From assembly GCA_000182565.2 (NCBI GenBank), contig KQ257456.1: a stretch of 64,000 nucleotides of DNA; one strand, 5' to 3'. Source of the DNA: Spizellomyces punctatus DAOM BR117 (taxonomy: Eukaryota). Below, in pieces: positions 1 through 12,088 of this stretch. Under the pieces are notes generated by a model, which saw only the letters and a list, made by a program, of their open reading frames with translations, ran no database searches and was not told where the DNA came from. Both the position numbers and the translations under genes were made by a program. Every line of letters begins with the position of its first letter. Position 1 is the first letter of the stretch.

Positions 1-891
1 AATCCATAGGTCCCCCCGCATAAGCAAAACTGAACAAAAATCCACATTGAAACGTCGTCCCAGCGGAACACTTGTATGAGGCGCAGTGCCAATGACATAA
101 TCGCCTGACGTGGCGCAATATTGAATGTTCACCTGAAAACCGTCAGGAAATACGCGGTGATAACATCAAATTCCTAAGAACTTGGCAATTCACGTGAGAG
201 TCTATAAAATGTTCAATGTATAGCCCTTCCAAAGGTCCGTTATAATCCCTTTTGTAAAGAGGCCGCTGCCCTTCGTTACAAAACGACGGGAAGAAAAACA
301 CAAAACATCCCCCCAGCATTGGGTTCATCAACTTTTGTCAAATGTCGTTCTATCCACCGCACTGCAAAAACGTTTTGATTAACATTCGCAAAAGTCGAGA
401 GGTTGAATTGCGCGACAGGGAAAGAGTCGGTCGTTCCCGAATATAGAAGCGACCAGCCCTTCCGGTGACGGCATCGTATTTTTGTTGCTCCTTCTTCCGA
501 GCTTGCTTGTGCAATTCTGTTCTGGAGAGAATTTCATTGTATAGCTATCAAAAACTCCGATCCCAGAAGCCTCTTCTTTTTCGTTGGTCGGTGATTTTTC
601 AAAGTCCTCTTTTTCCAACATTCCTTCTCGGCGAAATCGGTTCTTTGGCCTGCGCTGTGCTGGGGAGCTAAACGGTCCTGGCAGTCAACGTTGTAATATA
701 GTGTGTGAAAGTATAAATCAATCAAGAAGCAAACGTAGTACACAGTAAGCACATATACCTTTGATATTCTTTTTGTAAATTAGCACGGGAGTGAACAAGT
801 TCAAGGTGAGCAGTCAAAGTTTTGTGGAGATTTGGCGTGAAAGACATTTGAGCTGACATTATATTCCAGTCTTATAACACAAGAAACAAAG

Positions 892-3281
892 ATGGCTACA
901 TTCGCAACTGAAATTTGGACGCCTGGTTTGGTAGAAAAGCCCACGCACAGGCATCCCAGCGTGGCCTCCAGACAATCATCTGTGGCGTCTCACAAGGCAC
1001 CATCGAGAAATCCAAGCGGTGCGGCTGGTAGACCTCCGCCAGCCCCAGTGAGCAGTAGTAATGGCTCAGTCTCGGGAGCATCGACCGTGTCCGGTGTGGC
1101 TGACGATAAGGGGTGAGTACTCACAGTGTTGACATTGTTATTCTTCGTGGATCTGACATGTATGACGTACAGGCGACCTCCTTCACCTAGTAGCATCACC
1201 TTTCCAGTCCCGCCTCGTCGTAATATTCTATACCGCATCTTCCATCCGGGGGAATCCGACGGAGAGCCTGTCTTTGGTCGTTCGCGCCGGTCCTATGGCA
1301 GTGGCAGTGAGGCAGAGTCCGAAGGTGAACACTCGGATGAGTCTGATACGGAAGGATTCTTTGGACGCCCACGTCGTCGACAGAACAGTCTCACGGAAGC
1401 AATGCGCAAAGTGGAACTTAATGATTTGACCCGTCGCAGTGTCTCGACCAAGGAAAAGCCCAAACACCGCGGTCCTTCCATGTTCAAGGGAGCGTCGGAT
1501 ACTGAGGGTAGTGGCTCCGAGACAGAGCCTGAACCGGCTCAACCCAAGCGTTCGACATCAAAGTCCAACATCTTTTACGACCTGCTTCACGGTGGTAGGA
1601 AGCCCAAGAGTCAATCTGCGCCTACGAGCCCTGGCATCAATCCCGTCGCTGCCCCGCTCGAGTACAGCTCTGACGACAGTAGCAAGAGCAGTGACTCGGA
1701 AGTGGAAACCAAAGTTGAACATTCTCACAATCTGTTCAAGGATCTCATTATGCATGCGCGACAAAAGAAGCATGCTGTCGCTGGGAAAGCCGCCGAAAGT
1801 CATGCTCGTACCGCAGGTCCTCCTAGCCCCGGTGCGGATGACAAGCCGGCCATGATGAGGTCCTTGTCTGAGAACTCGCTCACCAAATACGGACGCAAGG
1901 AAGAGATTCTTGGTAGAGGTGCGAATGCGGTCGTTCGCTTGTGTTGTCCTGCCGACAATAAGGAAAAGAAGCTCGCCATCAAAGAGTTTCGTAAGCGCCG
2001 CAAGAATGAGACGCAGGTCTGTTTACCATCCCGCCTTTGCATTCGTGACGTCTTCTGATCAAGGTGTGCTGTGTGCTTGGCAGAAAGAGTATGTGAAAAA
2101 GCTCGTTGCCGAATTCTGTATCAGTTCTACACTCCATCATGAGAACGTTGTGACTACTGTGGACTTGATTCAAGACGAGGTAGAGTGTTGGGCCTACTGC
2201 ACCTTACCTCCCCCTTTGCATACTGTTGCCCTCGTCTCTGCACAATACTCGTCCTTTTCGTGTATTTTGCTCACGTGTTACTCCACTCTCGGCGCTTCCC
2301 GTTTCTCTAGAAACGGCATTGGTGTGTCGTGATGGAGTACTGTGCAGGGGGCGACTTGTTTGGACGGATTCACTGTGGGTCTCTGAAGGACGTTATAGAG
2401 GTTAATTGGTACGTGCCTTTTGATTGATTACGTCGTACCTATAGTTGAGAGTAACATTCTTGCTTGGATAGTTACTTCAAACAGCTCGTGCAAGGTGTCG
2501 CGTACTTGCACTCTATGGGTGTCGCCCATCGTGATCTGAAACCTGGTATGTTTGTTATGATGCAGCATTTCTTGACCCAGAGCAGTGTCTCACTGGCCAC
2601 TTTTAGAAAATCTCCTTTTGGATAAGTCTGGACGGATCCTCAAGATTACTGATTTCGGCGTCTCGGAAGTCTTCCGTACACCTTTCTGTAGTCTCACCCG
2701 GAAAGCTAAAGGGTTGTGTGGGTCCGGACCGTACATTGCTCCCGAGGTATGTTGGCCACACCTACTTTTGGTCTGAGCAATCTCTTATGCATGTAATCTT
2801 GACAGGAATTTGAAACAAGCGAATATGATTCAGAGCTTGTGGATGTCTGGTCCATTGGTATCATCTAGTATGTATCCATTATGCATTGCCATTGTCCACA
2901 ACCGGCCGATACTCACCGCTCCCTGGAATAGCTATGTTATGATCTATAACTCTATACCCTGGAAAGCCGCTGTACCGAGCGACCCCCGCTACAAGCACTT
3001 TCTCGAGAACAAGGGGAAATTCTGGCCACTAGATCGCTTACCCCCGGGACCACGTCGATTGATGGTACGTCCCCTCTTTTTATCGATGTAGTGTTGAGAC
3101 AAATTTGACTCATTTAATCGGACAGTACCGCATTCTGGAGCCTAACCCCGCTAAACGTGTCACCATCAAGGAACTCTTGGAGGACGAATGGTTCAAGAGT
3201 ATCCCCGTCTGTCATGAGGAATCCCCGAATGAGGGTGTTGGTCATAAACATGTTTGTACGGCGAGTGCGTTGAAGCGTTGA
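892..3281 (+). CDS. Ser/Thr protein kinase, HAL4/SAT4/NPR1-like family (multi-exon)
   Basis: Spliced exons give [62 protein letters not shown] and DVWSIG. Ser-rich N-terminus; stop TGA at 3279-3281; probable 5'UTR intron 806-869. Confidence 0.92.
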
Positions 3282-4408
3282 TGGTGGATGGTGGAACTTT
3301 GACGATGAGTCTTTTGAAAAAAGCGTTGAAGATTTTTGGGATACTGGATCTTTTGGTATATTGTCTAGTGTGGTATAATACAACTTTTATTTTGTTTTGT
3401 TTTATGTGGTTTTGTGAATGTTCCTTGTGGAACTGGAGTACGGGGTTTTTGATACAGTGTGGACCATCCAATTCTATCCCGTGTGTAGTTTTTTGGGATG
3501 GTGTTCTGGGTCTACACAGCCATCTGCTTACTGCAATGGTTTGCCCGCCAATCAAAACATGGGCGGATGAGACCTTTCACGAATGCACACTCGATAATGC
3601 ACATGCAAAAATGCTATACTTTATACAGCACGTATTTGCAGGGTTGACTGACATTGCCGCATGCAGGGTACTCTGACCAAGATTGTGAACAACAACACCT
3701 ATCCATCGTGTCAACACGGTTCAGATCTGGGATGAGGATGTTGAGGATGTTGTATGGTAACCGTGATGGAGTAGTTTCAGTATATCACTTTGCATACAAA
3801 GTATGAACTAGAGGGTTTTTTGCGCCATGTGGTGAGCAATGTGGAAAGGGTACCTTTACGTTATAGACCTAACGCATTTGTTCATTGGTATTTCCAATGG
3901 CTGATGCCGCAAGAGTATGGCCATACGTTGACTGATTCGATTTTCCTTTTTACCGTTGTGATTGACAATCGTGTTCCCACATCCTGCAAACAAACCCACA
4001 ACACAAAACTCAAATAAAAAAAAATCAAAACTTTTTGGAACTTTCCTACCAATTTTATATAAAAAAAAAAACAAATGCTAGCTACACTCAATATGGGCCC
4101 CACAAATGCAAACCAAATCAAACAAAAGAAGGTACCGCAAAACATGTCTGCCCCCAACACGATATCAAAAAAAAAAAAATGCCAAGTGAACAAAAAATAA
4201 AGCGACGGGATATGATGGATAAAACACAAAACCATAAATGACACCCAAAAACACACACACACACAAAAAAAAATGATTGGGAAATAGCAAAAAAAAAAAA
4301 AAATAAAGGACCAGGTACGAGTGATTACACTAGTAGGAGCTGGTTAAAAGCGTTCAAACCACAACAATTCCTTTGCGAATCATTGTAATTTTGGCACCAT
4401 TTCCTGAT

Positions 4409-7400
4409 CTACAGGTCAACGGCACGGGGTTCTGTTACCGCAGGAGTTGCCTCGGAACCTTTTGGCTCATTAATGTTGGCAGTGGCATCGTCAGACGAGG
4501 CGGGGTCTTGTACGGAGTTGTCGTGGGGAATATCTGCATTTTGGGTGGGCAGATCGTTCAGGACGGGATCCGTTGCCTTGGTGTCAGCAATAGGTTCAAC
4601 CACGGGTTTGGTAACATGCTGGGTAACAGGTTCGGCAGCAGGCTCCGTAGCATGCTCGGTAGCAGGCTCAGCAACTGGTTGAGCAACAGGCTCAGCGACT
4701 GGTTCAGCAACTGGTTCAACAACTGGTTCAACAACTGGGTCGGCGACAGGTTCGGCGACAGTTGCGGCTGCAGGTTCAGCAACAGGCAGAGCGACAGGCT
4801 CGGCGACAGGCTCGGCGACAAGTTCGGCGACAGCCTCAGCGACCAGTTCAGCAAATGGTTCCGCAACGGGTTCAACAGCAGCTGCGGCGATATTTTCGAT
4901 AACGGGTAGTCCTTCGGCTTCTTTCGGTGCCGAGGCCACTTGCACGTCAAGGTGGGCAGGTTCCTCTTTGACGGTTAAACCGGTTTCGCTGGAAGGTTCG
5001 GTAAGAGTATCTACCGAGCCAGAAACTCCATTTTCCGTTTCTTTAGTCACACCCTCGGTAATAACTTTGGGGTGCTCGACGGGTTCTTCCCCCTTTGTTC
5101 CAGTTTCAACAGGTTTCATCTCTTCTTCGTCTTCGTCGTCCTCATCGTCTGAGGAAGAGGATTCATCTTCATGGTCCTCATCCTTTACGTTCTTTTTCTC
5201 ATCCTCATCCTCCTCTTCGTCGACATCTTCCTCCTTTCCGGCATGTCCAGTTTTGTCATCCGTTTTGTCAGCGTCCCGTTTGGCAGCAGGAGCGTACACA
5301 GCAGCTACTTTCCTCTGAATAGACGCGAGAACGGTTTCATGGCATTTGACCATGGCCTTGGCGGCGCCGTCTCCGCGGGCAAACTCTACAACAGCAGTCA
5401 CGGTTTCATCGGTCTCGGTGTTAGCGGGGAGAATTTCGAGACGCTGCATGTCACCACATCCGGTGAAAAATTCCTTTAGCTCTTGTTGCGTCACAGTTTT
5501 AGGAAGATCGGTAACGTGGATCCGTCGCTGACGAGGGAAGGCAGCACCGAGGGTCTTGGCGGCCACAGCTTTGGCGGCATCCTCAGGATTCTCAAACACC
5601 ACCAGGGCATAGGTAGATGCAACAGTAGCTTGATGATCGGGCTTTTTCAAGATCAAATGGGATTTGACGGGACCGTGTTCAGCAAATTTGGCCATAAAGT
5701 CTTCCGCAGACATATCCGCGGGAACGTCACGCACATGAACGGCATTGCGTGCGGCCCGTTCACGTCGCTGTTTCTGCTTTCGTTCACTGTGCTGATCAAG
5801 CTTTTGAAGCGCTTCGCCCTTCTTCCATGGTTTGTCAACCGGCTGGCGCCGTTCTTTCTTTTCAATGACGCGTGCGTAGTCGACTTTGAGGGGCTCAGAC
5901 ATTCCAAAGAGTTTCTGGTTCTTGATGGCTTCAAATGCACTTTTGGCAATCTCTTCAGTTTGGAAGGAGACAAAGGCATAGGCACGCTTTTCACGCGGTC
6001 GGTTCACGACGTGAAGACGCTTAATCTCTCCGTAAGCGGAGAAGACTTTGTCGAGCTCCGCCTGCAATTATATGATATGGTAAGGAAATGCACGAGACTT
6101 GTAAAGCGAGGATAACAAATCAATGCTCAGTACCTTGTCTGTGCTGAGCGGCATGTTACCAAGATGCAGCGTGCGAAGGTCTAATTTGGCAGGCACATCG
6201 GCAGCGGCGGGTCCTTCCGCACCAGGCTCAGTGACATTTTCACCAGCAGGAGAAGCGTCATCCTTTGCCTTCGCGGATGTCGAATCAGGCTTGGTACCAG
6301 AATCATTGCTCAACACACTACGATCTGCCTTTTCAAAATGCAACCGAAGCTCCAGTGGTTGCATCATTTCAAAAAAGTGCTTCTCCTTGAGCGCTTCTAC
6401 TGCTTTCTGAGCAGAGTTTGGTGTTTCGTAGTCAACGTACGCGTATGCCCTCTGGTGACGTTTAGGTCGTCCAACAATACCAACTGTAATGATGGAGCAA
6501 TAAGTATCGAGGGGCCATAATTAAAACATGAAAGAGTTTGATGCAAACCATTTACAATAGCACCAAATTCGGCAAACACTTCAATGATCTCCCTAACGCG
6601 GACCCATTTGGGGAATCCGTAAATGTAAACACCAGTGGCCTTGGAATTGTCCTTCTCCGTACGAGATGTATCCCTGAGGTGACGGGTGGACTTTTTCCTC
6701 CTCTGTGTTGGCTAATCCAACATGTTCCAACATGAGCAAATGAAAAAAGGAAGGAAACGGCTCAGTCTCTGCTACTAACCACTGCATTCTGTTCCTGGAT
6801 CTCCTCGGGAGATTTCGGAACGCCAGTACCACCAAGAGACTTGTTCACGGCTTCCACCTGTCGACTAAAGAGCCGGCTGGAGGCTTTAGCTAATCCGCGC
6901 CGGGCTTCGTCCGCAACTTTCGGATCCTCAGCTTTAATCTCTGAGGTTTCGGCAGGGTTACCTTTCGAACCTATTGAATGTTTGATTCTTTGTCATAATG
7001 CAATATTCAGAACCTCCGCTGACTGACCTTTAAGATTAGCATTACTCTTCTTGTCCGAACGGAAGCCGCGGTTTTCCTTGTTACCTCTGTGATCGTGCTG
7101 ATCACGAGAGTCATTGTGGAAGCCGCGTGGCCCATTATGACGGCGATCGCCAGATGGCTCGTCCACGTACAGATTGGGACGTTCCGCCAATGCAAAAGCA
7201 GATTTTGCCTTCCGCAGATCACGTCGACCACTTGCAGCATCATTAGTACGATGAGTCGAATTGCCCTGACCGCCCTGTCGCGATGCGGATGGACGTCGAG
7301 CGCCTTTCCCGCGATGACCATCGTCGTCAGGCCTATTGAAATGTACAGCTCGATCCGTTCCAGGAGCAGAAGGTGCTGCTGTGGGGGCAGGGACTGACGA

Positions 7401-8027
7401 GAAATTATTGTGCTGGGAACGTTGCCTCTGGTGCGATCCAGCGGGTCTCCTGCCGTCCCATCCGGCAGTAGCTGGCTGGGGGGCTTCGACAGGCTTTACT
7501 GGGGGAAGAGGATCCCAACCCGCCGGACTCCACCCAGATGAACCGGGCTGCGGCGGCGGTGCGGTAGGAGGGGGAGCTCCCCAACGTTGAGCAGGAGGCT
7601 GCTGAGCGACTGGCTGAGGGACCGGCTGAGGGACTGTTGCCCAGGAGCTAATGACGGCGGTGGTGCCGACGGTTTGTGCACCTGCCCAACCACTTGTATT
7701 CTCGGGGCGACTACTCCAACCAGGCACAGCGTCCCAGTCATCTTTCCTGGACTGATAGACGTTTCCCCAGGAATTTGCCCGGTTTCGTCCCCGATATGAG
7801 TTGTCCAGTTGCGGGGCGGAGGCATAGGCTCCGCTGTTCCATCCATCGTCTCTACGGGGAGGCTGCGACCAGCTAGTAGTGGCAGAGGCAGACGACCAGC
7901 CACCGCTGCTGTGGTTCTGCGGCGGGGTATTGTTCCAGTTGGAGCCTGGAGAAGAAGGGGGAGTGGGACCCCATTGGTTCGTCGTTGGAGGTCGTGTGGA
8001 TTTGCCCCAGGAGCTTCTAGCGTCCAT
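4409..8027 (-). CDS. Multi-RRM RNA-binding protein with N-terminal Trp-rich (GW/WG) disordered region and C-terminal acidic/EPVA-repeat tail
   Basis: RNP motifs LHLGNMP, AYAFVSF, VHVRDVP/YALVVFE and IHVTDLP/TAVVEF in ORFs 4409-6067 and 6068-6367. ORF 6993-8027 is W-rich. The ORFs are joined by GT-AG introns. Confidence 0.85.
4587..4876 (-). repeat. Coding 12-bp minisatellite (EPVA-type tetrapeptide, roughly 24 degenerate units)
   Basis: Protein reads VEPVAEPFAELVAEAVAELVAEPVAEPVALPVAEP...; 12-nt periodicity is visible in the DNA. Confidence 0.9.
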
Positions 8028-9777
8028 GTTGATCCAATGCAGATATTCAAATACTCAAAACAAAAAAAAAAAAAAAAAATGACTAGATGGAGAAAAGAGT
8101 CTTTTAGCGTATCTCTCCGGGAGCGTGGCTTTTCACACCAGGTCCCCCCCCCCAAGCTGTAAACTTTTGAGATCACCAAGATGCTCACTGAGCAAAAGCA
8201 CACTAGGCTACAGGTACTGTCATACACGTGATAAGAGACTCACCAGAAAACTAGACAAGACTACTTTTGACGAAAACCTCCAAAATCCAGATGGGACAAG
8301 AGCAAGTCCCAATCGTCAAAGCCGAAAACCAAAGGTGGGAACGGGACTAAAAAACGCGAGCAGAGTAAAGAAAGCGAGGCGTTTTCGTTGTCGAGTTTAG
8401 TGCTCGCAATCAGTTGCCGTAGAGATTCCCAATGGGATGGGGAGAGTCCTGGCCAGCCTGATGGCAAGATGAGGTAAAAAAAAGGCCAACAAGGTCCTTT
8501 TGCTACAGCAACAACTCTGACAACAGTCCAAACGTCCAACACACACACACACAATGCAGTCTGTGTATTTAGAGGTCCTTTATGGATTTTATAAAAAGAA
8601 GAAGGTTCTGGAGGTCAAAAACCTGTGTTCTTGGGGGGGAATGGAAGAGGAGGAGGAGTGAAACCAAACTCTTTCCCACTGGAGAGAGCAAGGTCGCTGA
8701 AAAAGAGGCTGCTCTTTAAAGCATATCCATTTTATATACTTTTTCTTCTTCTGCCCCCATTTGTGGACACAATGAAAATCCAAACGGCTGAAAAAGAGTG
8801 TGAAAATGGCAAGTGTGAAATATGGCAAATGGGATAGCGCGCGCTAAATTCTTTATGCTTTCTAAAAGGGCAACTTGACCGATTGCCACAAACAAGAATT
8901 GCTTTTTATTTTATTTTGCTTTCATACGCCGTCAACAGTTGAAAGTAACTTTCTCAACAACTCCCCCAGCGGACGTGCCCATTTCATCAACAGCTTTTTA
9001 CCAAGGTGTAATGCAACCTACTTGTTAAGCTGACCTTTTTGACCGCATCCCCTAAATGGACTTTTTGTCCTAACAAAAGAGTCACTTTGCTAAATGTTGT
9101 GAATTTACAATTAGAGAGTGGAAATGTTCAACTGGATGCACACGTAATTTCTCCTGGACATGTCTTTACAGCATCCTCTGCTTCATCGCACACCAAGTAC
9201 AGAAGGTTGTAAGTTTGAACAAATGTCACTCGGCAGTGGCTGTGGCCGTTTGTTTTGTAAGCTTCCCCCTTCTCCTTCCAATGCCATGGAGGATTATTAA
9301 GTGACAGCGTCATAAAGGGGGGAGAATGCGTTGGATGTGTGCTTCCTTGTCATCTCTCTCCTTTCAAAAGACTCTTTTAATCGCGTGATCTGTCAAAACA
9401 CATGATCCCCACATGACTGGATATGATCGGATGCCGTCGCAGTTAGCTGTACGATGCAAATAACACCAACACTCGCTACAGCTCAATGTTCTCGTCCTCC
9501 TCTATGAACGATCGCAACTCGTGCTCGTTGCAAAAAGAGACTGGGGGAGGAACGGGCGGTGCCAGGGTAAAAAAACATCATCCATTCTGGACACGGAAGC
9601 CAAACGCGCGCCAACTGGGCACACTAATTGCAGGGGTTGGATTGAAAGGGGTAGAAGATTCATTCAACACCTTTGTACGGCTGGGGGGGATAATTGAAGG
9701 GGGGGAGTCGTTTTTCCTTTTTTTTATTTTTATTATTGGCCCTGGTGGCCCTCATTTACGAATGCTGTCCTGCGGGT

Positions 9778-9785
9778 TATAAAAG
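9778..9785 (+). promoter_or_regulatory. TATA box of an ORF-less transcription unit
   Basis: GGGTTATAAAAGG followed by a C/T-rich tract, the same context as the TATA upstream of the CBM12-DM9 gene. Confidence 0.55.
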
Positions 9786-9849
9786 GACGACCAGTTCGCT
9801 CTTTCCCCCCCAACCTCCAACACACATCTCGTTGACATCCAAGATCCTT

Positions 9850-9973
9850 GATCACAAAACTTGAACCTGGTTGCCTGGATCTATTATTTTGGCGAGCTCC
9901 TGTTTCTGGCTTTTAGCTCTGGTTGGCTCCCCCATATAATAGGTTCAACGCAACCACGTTTGTGTTGTGAATC
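9850..9973 (+). ncRNA. Candidate pre-miRNA-like long hairpin RNA
   Basis: 9850-9897 pairs with 9926-9973 in about 40 bp, including 3 G-U pairs, about 70 nt downstream of a TATA box. No ATG precedes it. Confidence 0.55.
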
Positions 9974-10298
9974 GTTGTACACAGTTCCTTGTAACATGTC
10001 TGCATACATGTCATGTCCAAGAGTATGCTGTGAGCCAGTCAATTATATTCCAAAACTATGTCTTTACATTGTCGCTGCTCTTTCCATTTCGCACAGGACC
10101 TGACTCATTGCTCCCATTATTTGGGCTCATCCGCAGTACAGCTGTCTTGTCCACAAATTGAAAATTTCTGTATGCAAGTATAGCATCATCTCCTTACAGC
10201 TTCCAAATCCAAGCAGCAGAATCCAAATCCCTAGATACTCCTATCTATATGTACATGTGCCAAAATATTCAAAACCCAACAGTTCGCATAATTCCATT

Positions 10299-11726
10299 CT
10301 AATCCTTTTTTACTGTGACAGAGCGGCTCGTTCTCCGAGTGGGCTCAACAGACTTGCCCCTCGTCGCTCGGGACAAACTTGAACTTGCACCTCTAGTCCG
10401 GCTGGCTGTTACCTTGGCGTCCCGTACTGGAGTCGTTCTCCGTTGAGTTACACTAGATTGCTGCTCACTCTCTGCGCCAGATTCTGCTGTTTCTACATCT
10501 GCATCATCACCACTCGGATCTTCCTTTCCTTGCTTCATTTTAGAAACTTTCTCCATGGCAGATGGTGACAATCTGGTTGTAGAAACTGATCGCTGAATGC
10601 CCCGTCCAAGTCTACCCGATTCCGTCTCGCGATTGATTACTGATCTACTTCGCTGCAATTTGGAGGTCACGCTTCGCGGGAGTGGAGGTCGAGCATCCAC
10701 CTTTGGGGCAGTGTCCAGATCCGTCTTTTCACTTACAGTTGTTGTGGTGGTGCTTGACGCTTCGGACGCTTCGGCTGCAGCGACACTGTTAGAGGAAACG
10801 TCTTCTCGCACGTCCACCGCCGAATCCCGGTGCACCAGTGGGGAAGGTGTCGTACCTAACTTGGCTTCATCGACACTCGGGTACAGTCTTTCTTCAAGCT
10901 CATCGCCTTCATCCTGCCTCTCGGTCACGACTTCTGCCGCCACTGCCGCTGTCTCTGCGGCATCGGTCTTTGGCTGGTTAAAGTTGGCGGTCTCGCTTGC
11001 ATTTACATCATTCTCTTGAGAAGGATGTGCGTCATCCTCCTCGATAATGATAGGTTCCGAGATTGAGGGTCCTTGCAACTGCTACAATCAATAAAAGTGT
11101 AAGCCGCGGATGATCCCTGCAGCTGGACGGGAGGTTAACATTACCGGAAGTCGAGCCGTAACACGGCGAACAATGGTCACAACACGAGTGTGCACAATGG
11201 TCACCGATTCTGTAATGCGTCGTTCGTACTAAATCAAAGCGTTAACCAGCATGAACTCGCCATGTTCCAAGCAGGCAGGTTACATACATGCTCAATATGC
11301 TTTCGCTTGTGGGACAGAACAGGATGGATGACCTTTTTGAATACGGGCATCGTCGTTTTTGTTCGCCCATAGCATAAGGCAAGCAGGAAGAGCAACTTCA
11401 CATTGTAGTAGAATGGAATCCTAAAAAGGTTCCGAGTGAGCGGGACCCTCGGCCGAGGTGGACAAGAGATCACTTACCAGAAAATGGTCCAATCTAATAT
11501 GGGTTCAATAACCTGTAAGGTTAAAAAAGAGAACCATTAAGCAACCAAAGTTTCGACGATGTTGCACTGGAAAAGGGTCGTCACAACACACCTCGAAAAC
11601 CGTAAGCGTTATCCAGAATGAGGCCCAACGCTGCCGTTTCCCAACGTTTGGACGACCTTCCACTGTCTTAAAGGTTGAATACCCGCCCAATGCATAACAG
11701 GCTATTTTCGCCAACGAAACAAACAT
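10299..11726 (-). CDS. TB2/DP1/HVA22 (REEP/Yop1-like) protein with long disordered C-terminus
   Basis: GYSTFKTVE...RWASFWITLTVFE, WTIFW|IPFYYNVKLLFLLAL, PVFKKVIHPVL; four exons. Confidence 0.8.
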
Positions 11727-12088
11727 TGCAATCGAGCGGCTCAAAAACAAAACTTGGACATTTGAAGAGCAACTGCTGCTGCTCGAAACCGGTGGCAAAC
11801 GGTTCACCTTTGGGCTCGGGCATACCCAAGATGGTCATTGACCCAAAAGCGGTGATATTACGCACGTGACCAAGTGGCCCTTCGGACACTGCGCACTTTG
11901 GCACTTGAGCTTTTTCGAGCATCCAGATTGTGGTGATGACCAATTTGGGATATTGTTGAAACCTACCAATTAGCAGCCAGATGGGAACACCACACGGCAA
12001 GTCTACCTATGAAGGCCCGCGGTCTCCAAAAAGCCCCACTCCTTTCCGTCCGATTAGCGGGCAGCTCATCAAGGCTGAGCCACGGTCA

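Noticed and set aside
4000-4305. Poly-A and CA runs as retroelement tails
   Set aside because: They lie in the U-rich 3'UTR of the minus-strand RRM gene; no TSD or element body is visible.
4373-4950. Repeat-rich ORFs (NRLS/NWFN and LLNQ/LSP frames) and a possible CRISPR-like periodicity
   Set aside because: These are alternate frames of the coding 12-bp EPVA minisatellite; there are no unique spacers.
9861-10103. 80-aa ORF over the hairpin
   Set aside because: TTG start and no recognisable protein features; the base-pairing explains the sequence better.
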